A stretch of DNA of 64,000 nucleotides, taken from NCBI GenBank assembly GCA_030695205.1, contig JAUYTN010000040.1:18426-82425 (forward strand), read 5' to 3'. A model generated the notes under the pieces. The model ran no database searches, was not told where the DNA came from, and saw nothing but the letters and a program-made list of their open reading frames with translations. The stretch is from Burkholderiaceae bacterium (GTDB lineage Bacteria; Pseudomonadota; Gammaproteobacteria; Burkholderiales; Burkholderiaceae_C). Positions 57,778 through 64,000 of this stretch are shown one piece after another. The position numbers and the translations under genes are program-made. Position 1 is the first letter of the stretch. Every line of letters starts with the position of its first letter.

Positions 57778-58320
57778 ATGGCAGTCGTTGTCAACAAACC
57801 AATCCCCGAATTCGACGCCCTCGCCACCGGACAAGTCAAGGTGTCTCACCAGACCCACTTGGGACAGGCCGTGGTGCTGTACTTTTATCCGAAAGACAAC
57901 ACCCCAGGCTGTACCACGGAGGCCATGCAGTTTCGCGACCGCTACAAAGACTTTGAAAAGCTGGGCGCTGCTGTCTTCGGGGTGTCACGCGACAACATGA
58001 AGTCGCACGACGACTTCAAAGCCAAGCTCGAACTGCCTTTCGAGCTGATCGCTGACACCGAAGAAAAAATGTGCCACATGTTTGGTGTGGTCAAAAACAA
58101 AATCATGTACGGCAAGAAGGTCAAGGGCATAGAGCGCAGCACCTTTCTGATCGGCCCCGATGGCATCCTGAAGCACGAGTGGCGCGGTCTCAAGGTCCCC
58201 GGCCATGTGGACGAAGTGCTCAAAGAAGTCAAGGCACTCAAAAGAGCTGGTGCAACCGCCGTCAAAGAAGCTGCCAGCAAAGAAGCTGTCGCGACAGATG
58301 CCGATGTCACACCCGCCTGA
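57778..58320 (+). CDS. bcp: peroxiredoxin Bcp
   Basis: ATG at 57778. VVLYFYPKDNTPGCTTE peroxidatic Cys motif, with an Ala/Lys-rich C-terminal extension. Confidence 0.9.
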   Translation: MAVVVNKPIPEFDALATGQVKVSHQTHLGQAVVLYFYPKDNTPGCTTEAMQFRDRYKDFEKLGAAVFGVSRDNMKSHDDFKAKLELPFELIADTEEKMCHMFGVVKNKIMYGKKVKGIERSTFLIGPDGILKHEWRGLKVPGHVDEVLKEVKALKRAGATAVKEAASKEAVATDADVTPA

Positions 58321-58414
58321 GCTTGTGTGCTCCACGGGTTTGGGCGGAAACCTTGGTCGGGCATAATCTTTGCATGCTGTTGACCACCGATCGCTGCACA
58401 CCACACTCCTTCTG

Positions 58415-58456
58415 AAAGCCGTCAGGGCCTGCTCTGACGGCTTTTTGCTTTTTTCG
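58415..58456 (+). terminator. rho-independent terminator after bcp
   Basis: AGCCGTCAG-ggcctgct-CTGACGGCT followed by TTTTTGCTTTTTT. Confidence 0.8.
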
Positions 58457-58476
58457 ATTTGACCCGAGTCACCACC

Positions 58477-60363
58477 ATGCCATTGCCACCTGCCCCTGCA
58501 ACAAAGGCTGCCCGTTTGCCCACCGGGGCATACACCATACAAACGCTCACCGAAGGGCGCCAGCCAGCAGTTTCCGCAGGCGGCTCAGTCGGCACTCCCT
58601 CCAGAGGCGACGCGACCGACCCCAAACCTCGAACCACCAGGGCCAAACCCGTTGCCGTGACCCCAACGGCACAACAACCCGGCATGCCATCGGATCGCCC
58701 GGCGACCGCCTCCTCCTCCGTGGCGACACCAGCTCGGCGCGCCACCAGGAAATCACCTGCTGCGCCTGTGGATGCAACCGCTTCGCGCATCCAAGGTCTA
58801 CCCACGCAGCCCGCCACAACTACCGGGGGCACAGCAGTGGTTGCAGGGTCTGAACCCGCAATCGACACCACGGCCACACTGCCACCAGCAACGCTCCCCG
58901 AGGTACTGCCCCCTTCATCATCGTCGGCAAGCTCAAGCAGGAAGTCCAGCAAGCGCAAACCCGCACGCCAGGGCCCTGCCAAGCTCTTTGTGCTCGACAC
59001 CAACGTCCTGCTGCACGACCCGACCAGTCTCTTCCGTTTTGAAGAGCACGATGTGTACCTGCCCATGATCGTGCTCGAAGAACTCGATGGACACAAAAAG
59101 GGCATGACCGAGGTGGCCCGCAATGGCCGCCAAACCAGCCGCACCCTCGACGCACTGGCCGCGCAGGCTGGTGACGACATGTTGCAGGGCTTGCCGTTGT
59201 CGGGCACTGGCCACGTAGAGGCCAAAGGCCGCCTGTTCTTCCAGACCGAGCCGCTCCATTACGCGCTGCCCACCAGCCTGCCCCAGGGCAAAGCAGACAA
59301 CCAAATCCTGGGCGTGGTGCAGGCCCTGCAGGAGCGCCACCCTGGCCGGGTGGTGGCCATGGTGTCCAAAGACATCAACATGCGGGTCAAGGCCCGGGCA
59401 TTGGGCCTGGACGCCCAGGACTACGAAAGCGACAAAACCCTGGATGACGGCGAGTTGCTGTACTCCGGTGCATTGGCGCTGGGCTCTGACTTCTGGACCC
59501 GCCAGAGCAAGGGCGTCGAGAGCTGGCAGCAAGGCAGCCACACCTTCTACCGGATCAGCAGCCCGGTAGTGGCACAGTTCCACATCAACCAGTTTGTGTA
59601 CTTCGAGTCACCGGGTGAACCTTCGCTGTATGCGCGGGTGGTTGAAATCCGCGAAAAAACCGCTGTACTCAAAACACTGCGCGACTTCACCCACCTGAAA
59701 AACGGGGTGTGGGGTGTAACCAGCCGCAACCGGGAGCAAAACTTTGCCCTGAACCTGCTCATGGACCCCGACATTGACTTCGTCACCCTGGCAGGTACAG
59801 CCGGTACAGGCAAGACACTCATGGCCCTGGTGGCCGGTTTGACCCAAGTACTGGATGACCGCCGCTACACCGAAATCATCATGACCCGTGCCACCGTGAG
59901 TGTGGGCGAGGACATTGGCTTCCTACCAGGAACTGAAGAAGAAAAAATGGGCCCCTGGATGGGCGCCTTGGATGACAACCTGGAGTTTCTGGCCAAGGGC
60001 GACGGCGGAAACGCTGGCGAATGGGGCCGTGCCGCCACCAGTGAGCTGATTCGCAGCAGGATCAAGATCAAGAGCATGAACTTCATGAGGGGCAGAACCT
60101 TCATGAACAAGTACGTCATCATTGACGAGGCGCAAAACCTCACGCCCAAACAGATGAAGACCCTGATCACGCGTGCAGGACCCGGCACCAAAATCATCTG
60201 CATGGGCAACCTCGCGCAGATTGACACGCCCTACCTCACCGAAGGCTCATCTGGCATGACCTATGCCGTCGATCGCTTCAAGGGGTGGCCACATGGCGGT
60301 CACATCACCCTCGCACGGGGTGAGCGCTCGCGCCTGGCGGACTTCGCCAGCGACGTGCTCTGA
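58477..60363 (+). CDS. PIN-PhoH (PhoH2-type) ATPase with long low-complexity N-terminal extension
   Basis: PIN motif FVLDTNVLLHDP...EELDGHKKG, PhoH P-loop GTAGTGKTLMAL and IIDEAQNLT. The first in-frame ATG is at 58477 and precedes about 170 aa of Pro/Ala/Thr/Ser-rich sequence. Confidence 0.85.
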   Translation: MPLPPAPATKAARLPTGAYTIQTLTEGRQPAVSAGGSVGTPSRGDATDPKPRTTRAKPVAVTPTAQQPGMPSDRPATASSSVATPARRATRKSPAAPVDATASRIQGLPTQPATTTGGTAVVAGSEPAIDTTATLPPATLPEVLPPSSSSASSSRKSSKRKPARQGPAKLFVLDTNVLLHDPTSLFRFEEHDVYLPMIVLEELDGHKKGMTEVARNGRQTSRTLDALAAQAGDDMLQGLPLSGTGHVEAKGRLFFQTEPLHYALPTSLPQGKADNQILGVVQALQERHPGRVVAMVSKDINMRVKARALGLDAQDYESDKTLDDGELLYSGALALGSDFWTRQSKGVESWQQGSHTFYRISSPVVAQFHINQFVYFESPGEPSLYARVVEIREKTAVLKTLRDFTHLKNGVWGVTSRNREQNFALNLLMDPDIDFVTLAGTAGTGKTLMALVAGLTQVLDDRRYTEIIMTRATVSVGEDIGFLPGTEEEKMGPWMGALDDNLEFLAKGDGGNAGEWGRAATSELIRSRIKIKSMNFMRGRTFMNKYVIIDEAQNLTPKQMKTLITRAGPGTKIICMGNLAQIDTPYLTEGSSGMTYAVDRFKGWPHGGHITLARGERSRLADFASDVL

Positions 60364-60378
60364 GCACATCCCGGCGTT

Positions 60379-60879
60379 TCAATCCTGTGGTGGCATGGGG
60401 TTGACCCAGCCGCTGGACACCCACCGGCTGGCAGAGTCCGGGGTGAGTTTGAACCCAGGCGACACCGGGACCCTGGCCACCTCCTCCGCACAGGAGTCGA
60501 AAGCCGTGAGCGTGGCCGTGGGCGAGTCTTCATCCGGGTCAATGTCCAGGCACACCTCGTAACGCCCGTCATCACCAGACACCCACACACGCTGGTGCAA
60601 GCGTGCGTGCAGCTGCTGCTCGTGTCGACGCACCACCTCATTGGCTGTTTTTACCCAGGTGTAGAACGCGGCCGGGTCCAGGGGTTTGGGGTTTTTCTTG
60701 TCACGCCCCATGGTCCATGGCGCCACCAGCGCAGGCTCGGACTCGCCATCGAGCCGCATCTCCACTGCCCAGCCGTCGTCCTCTTCGCTTTTGACCACCT
60801 TGGCGGTCCAGCCATCGCCCTGCCATAGCCGGGGCGTTTGCACCAGCGCTGGGCCCTGACCGTCGTCTTCAATAGTCAT
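60379..60879 (-). CDS. conserved hypothetical protein
   Basis: ATG at 60879 preceded by GGAGG. 166 aa, acidic, no recognised domain. Overlaps the dnaB 3' end by 11 nt. Confidence 0.6.
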   Translation of the reverse strand: MTIEDDGQGPALVQTPRLWQGDGWTAKVVKSEEDDGWAVEMRLDGESEPALVAPWTMGRDKKNPKPLDPAAFYTWVKTANEVVRRHEQQLHARLHQRVWVSGDDGRYEVCLDIDPDEDSPTATLTAFDSCAEEVARVPVSPGFKLTPDSASRWVSSGWVNPMPPQD

Positions 60880-62290
60880 CCATGCCTCCGGAAGCCAGGC
60901 TTTCAAAGCGGGTCAGCTGGTTCAAAAAGGCCAACTTGACCGTGCCGGTGGGACCGTTTCGCTGTTTGCCGATGATGACCTCGGCCACCCCTGGCTCTTT
61001 GCTGTCTTTGTTGTAGTACTCGTCGCGGTAGATGAACATGATGATGTCGGCATCCTGCTCGATGGCGCCAGATTCGCGCAGGTCGCTCATCATGGGGCGC
61101 TTGTCGGTGCGCTGCTCCACGCTGCGGTTGAGCTGTGACAGGGCAATGACCGGGCACTGCAACTCCTTGGCCAGCATCTTCAGGCCCCTGGAGATTTCTC
61201 CCAATTCAGTGGCACGGTTTTCGTTGCTAGAGCTGGAACTGCCGCTCATGAGCTGAAGATAGTCCACCACAATCAGTCCGAGTTTGCCGCACTGGCGCGC
61301 CAGTCGCCGGGCGTTGGCACGCAGCTCGCTGGGTGTCAAGCCTGGGGTTTCGTCAATGTGGAGCGAAATGTTGCGCAGCTTCTCAATCGCTTCGGCCAGA
61401 CGGGGCCATTCGTCATCGGTGAGTTTGCCGTTGCGCAAGTGGCCCTGGTTGATACGCCCGATGGAGCCGACGATACGCACCGCCAGCTGGGCTGCACCCA
61501 TCTCCATGGAAAACACCGCCACCGGCAAGCCTTCGTTCAAGGCCACATGCTCGGCAATATTGATGGCCAGCGCGGTTTTGCCCATGGACGGCCGGGCTGC
61601 GAGAACGATCATGTCACCCGCCTGAAAACCCGCCGTCATCCGATCAAGGTCATAGAACCCGGTGGGCACGCCGGTGATGTCGTTGGGGTTGTCCGCCATC
61701 TCCTGCACCCGGTCCATCAGGTCCACCACCAGGGTGTCCATGCCCTGAAAGCCCTGCTTCATGCGCGAGCCTTCTTCACCGATGTTGAAGATTTTCTGCT
61801 CGGCCTCGTCCAGGATTTTGGCCACAGGACGGCCTTGCGGGTTGAAAGCGTTGGTGGCGATTTCGTCACTGGCGGTGACCAACTTGCGCAAAATGGCACG
61901 TTCACGCACTATTTCGGCGTAACGCCGAATATTGGCTGCGCTGGGCACGTACTGCGCCAGGCTGTTCAGATAGACCAGACCTCCTACTTCTTCGGCCCGG
62001 CCCTGGTCCCGCAAATGCTCGAACACCGTGATCACATCAGCTGGCTTGGACGCATTGACCAACTGGGCAATTGCGGCATAGACCAGGGCGTGCTCGTGTC
62101 GGTAAAAGTCGCCGTCCTTAACCAGATCGGCCACCCTGTCCCAGGCGGTGTTGTCCAGCAGCAAGCCACCGAGCACGCTGGACTCCGCCTCCAGCGAGTG
62201 GGGTGGCACCCGCAGGCTAGCAACCTGCACGTCCACCGGGTATTCAGAAGGGTCCAAGGGGTCGAACGTGCGGGAAGTGGCGGTATTCAT
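60869..62290 (-). CDS. dnaB: replicative DNA helicase
   Basis: VPPHSLEAESSVLGGLLLD N-domain and Walker A ARPSMGKTALA. ATG at 62290; the track start at 62314 is a TTG. Confidence 0.96.
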   Translation of the reverse strand: MNTATSRTFDPLDPSEYPVDVQVASLRVPPHSLEAESSVLGGLLLDNTAWDRVADLVKDGDFYRHEHALVYAAIAQLVNASKPADVITVFEHLRDQGRAEEVGGLVYLNSLAQYVPSAANIRRYAEIVRERAILRKLVTASDEIATNAFNPQGRPVAKILDEAEQKIFNIGEEGSRMKQGFQGMDTLVVDLMDRVQEMADNPNDITGVPTGFYDLDRMTAGFQAGDMIVLAARPSMGKTALAINIAEHVALNEGLPVAVFSMEMGAAQLAVRIVGSIGRINQGHLRNGKLTDDEWPRLAEAIEKLRNISLHIDETPGLTPSELRANARRLARQCGKLGLIVVDYLQLMSGSSSSSNENRATELGEISRGLKMLAKELQCPVIALSQLNRSVEQRTDKRPMMSDLRESGAIEQDADIIMFIYRDEYYNKDSKEPGVAEVIIGKQRNGPTGTVKLAFLNQLTRFESLASGGMDDY

Positions 62291-62439
62291 GGTCTGCTTC
62301 AAATCAGCCGGCAATGGTAGTCAGAACGGCGAGGCGGCGCACCGCATAACTCGGTGGACAAGTTGGTGAACAACTGTGAGCAAGTGGTGGATATCGGCGG
62401 ACAACCCCCACATGCCGTACGCTCCCAGAGCGACAGACG

Positions 62440-62472
62440 CCTCAAACGACAAAGCCGCCCAAGGGCGGCTTT
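62440..62472 (-). terminator. hairpin terminator after rplI
   Basis: AAAGCCGCCC-tt-GGGCGGCTTT, then TTTGTCGTTTG on the minus strand. About 57 nt past the rplI stop. Confidence 0.5.
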
Positions 62473-62528
62473 GCATGAACAGAATCACCCGCCCAACCGG
62501 GGTGGGTAATGCGTGTCAGGACAAGCGA

Positions 62529-62981
62529 TCAGGCCGACTCGCCCAGCACCTGGACGGGTACTTCAATGGTCACGTCGGTGTGCAAAGACACAATGACGTT
62601 GTACTCACCAGCAGCCTTGAGGGGACCGTTGGGCATGCGGACCTGGGACTTGACCACTGTATGGCCCATTTTGACCAGTTCGTCGGCCACATCGTGGTTG
62701 GTGACAGAACCGAACAAACGGCCATCGACGCCAGCCTTCTGGCTGATTTTGACGACCACACCGTTGAGCTTTTCGGCCAGAGCCTGGGCATCGGCCAGCT
62801 TGGCAGCGGCTGCTTTTTCGATGTCCGCACGGCGGGCTTCAAATTCTGCAATGGCGGCCTGGGTGGCGCGGCGTGCCTGACCGGTTGGGATCAGGAAGTT
62901 GCGTGCGTAACCGTTCTTGACTTTGACCACGTCGCCAAGCGCGCCGAGGTTGATCACTTTTTCGAGCAGGATGATTTGCAT
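62529..62981 (-). CDS. rplI: 50S ribosomal protein L9
   Basis: [33 protein letters not shown]-terminus, 150 aa. Confidence 0.97.
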   Translation of the reverse strand: MQIILLEKVINLGALGDVVKVKNGYARNFLIPTGQARRATQAAIAEFEARRADIEKAAAAKLADAQALAEKLNGVVVKISQKAGVDGRLFGSVTNHDVADELVKMGHTVVKSQVRMPNGPLKAAGEYNVIVSLHTDVTIEVPVQVLGESA

Positions 62982-62992
62982 GCTGACTCTCC

Positions 62993-63274
62993 TTAAACGC
63001 GGTGCTGGTCAGAGTAAGGCAACATGGCCAGGAAGCGTGCACGCTTGATGGCAGTGTTGACTTGACGCTGGTAAATGGCCCGGGTGCCGGTCAGGCGGGC
63101 GGGAATGATCTTGCCGTTTTCGGCAATGAAATCACGCAGCGTGTCGATGTCTTTGTAGTCCACCTCTTCGACATTGCCGACGGTGAAGCGGCAGTAGCGC
63201 TTGCGCTTGAAGAGCAGCGACTGGGTGTTGCGCTTGGGGCGCTTGTCTTTGTTGAAACGCTTGGGTGCAGCCAT
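62993..63274 (-). CDS. rpsR: 30S ribosomal protein S18
   Basis: ATG at 63274. RYCRFT...IDYKD...LRDFI...[10 protein letters not shown] motifs. Confidence 0.95.
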   Translation of the reverse strand: MAAPKRFNKDKRPKRNTQSLLFKRKRYCRFTVGNVEEVDYKDIDTLRDFIAENGKIIPARLTGTRAIYQRQVNTAIKRARFLAMLPYSDQHRV

Positions 63275-63285
63275 GATGGGCCTTC

Positions 63286-63573
63286 CTATGTACTGTGAAT
63301 ATCCTGGATATGAAAAACAACGCCTTTGCCATTGCGTGACTGTCCCAAAAAACCTGAGAACCCCCATTCAGCTTCAAGACTGGCTTTGGCCAGCACTTCC
63401 GCCTGGGTGCCAAAGGCAAGCGCCCTGAGGCTCAGCTTGACTTGGCGCGGGGTTGCCGCATCGGTTACCTGGGATTCGTGTGCCAACACCACATCGATGG
63501 CCGGCAAACCGGCCGGGGTGTACCGCATGGGATACACCTGTTCGATGCGGGCCGTCAGTTGCAACAGGTTCAC
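63286..63573 (-). CDS. priB: primosomal replication protein N
   Basis: OB-fold [33 protein letters not shown]. Lies between rpsF and rpsR. GTG at 63573 is chosen so that it does not overlap rpsF; the start is uncertain. Confidence 0.8.
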   Translation of the reverse strand: MNLLQLTARIEQVYPMRYTPAGLPAIDVVLAHESQVTDAATPRQVKLSLRALAFGTQAEVLAKASLEAEWGFSGFLGQSRNGKGVVFHIQDIHST

Positions 63574-63622
63574 CCCAGGTGTTCCGGTTGCCGCAGGCGG
63601 CTGACACGTCACGCAGCGAACA

Positions 63623-63988
63623 TCAGGCGGCGTTTTCCTGCTGGGAGGCCTTGCGGGCCTCTTCACGCTCGACCGACTTCATCATGGAAGATGGACCGGT
63701 TTCGGCCTTCTTCTTGAGCACGGTGAGGTGGCGCAGCACAGCGTCGTTGAACTTGAAGGCATGCTCCAGCTCGGCCATCACAGCCTGGTCGGCCTCGATG
63801 TTGACGCACAGGTAATGGGCTTTGTTCAACTTGTTGATCTGGTACACCAGTTGGCGGCGACCCCAGTCTTCAACACGGTGCACACTGCCACCGCCAGCGG
63901 TGATCATGCCCTTGTAGCGCTCCAGCATGGCTGGAACTTGCTCGCTTTGATCCGGATGGATCAGCAAGACGATTTCATAATGACGCAT
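63623..63988 (-). CDS. rpsF: 30S ribosomal protein S6
   Basis: [19 protein letters not shown]-terminus (ATG at 63988). Confidence 0.96.
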   Translation of the reverse strand: MRHYEIVLLIHPDQSEQVPAMLERYKGMITAGGGSVHRVEDWGRRQLVYQINKLNKAHYLCVNIEADQAVMAELEHAFKFNDAVLRHLTVLKKKAETGPSSMMKSVEREEARKASQQENAA

Positions 63989-64000
63989 ACACACTCCTTG

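Overview
This is a high-GC chromosomal segment. Gene content and order look like a betaproteobacterium of the Burkholderiales (Comamonadaceae-like); the species cannot be named from sequence alone. About 55 kb is densely packed, mostly minus-strand housekeeping DNA. It includes chromate transporter halves, rlmB, tesA/ybbA-like/selU, metC, purA-hisZ, hflCKX-hfq-der-bamB-yfgM-hisS-ispG-rodZ-pilW-rlmN-ndk, rluB-scpB-rluD, bamD, zapE-lpdA-sucB-sucA, prpE-like, phasin, moaED-moeA-mobB, thrC-hom-aminotransferase, bcp, a PIN-PhoH protein, and dnaB-rplI-rpsR-priB-rpsF. The one clear accessory island is an approximately 8.5 kb stretch at about 48.65-57.12 kb, with visibly lower GC for most of its length. 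It reads as a complete filamentous (inovirus-type) prophage. In order it carries a divergent HTH repressor, a pII-like replication initiator, a small ssDNA-binding-size ORF, tiny hydrophobic and zinc-ribbon ORFs, a textbook major coat protein followed by a terminator, a pIII-like adsorption protein, a pVI-like protein and a Zot/pI assembly ATPase. After these come a KfrA_N-like DNA-binding gene, a roughly 800 bp GC-rich repeat-dense non-coding region, a proline-rich membrane protein and a small serine recombinase. The most unusual structure is a pair of perfect 26 bp inverted repeats bracketing a 330 bp iteron-containing segment just upstream of the serine recombinase operon. It could be an invertible switch, a res/att site, a phage origin/packaging region or a MITE. 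Other points of note are a recurrent AT-rich promoter-like cassette (GCGCT-N14-AGTTWGCTAT) found four times in front of genes, a structured sucA leader, and several operator-like palindromes. I saw no rRNA gene, convincing tRNA gene, CRISPR array or IS transposase. Many long ORFs in the six-frame track are antisense shadows typical of GC-rich DNA and were not called. Start codons marked as refined were taken from in-frame positions inside the track ORFs.
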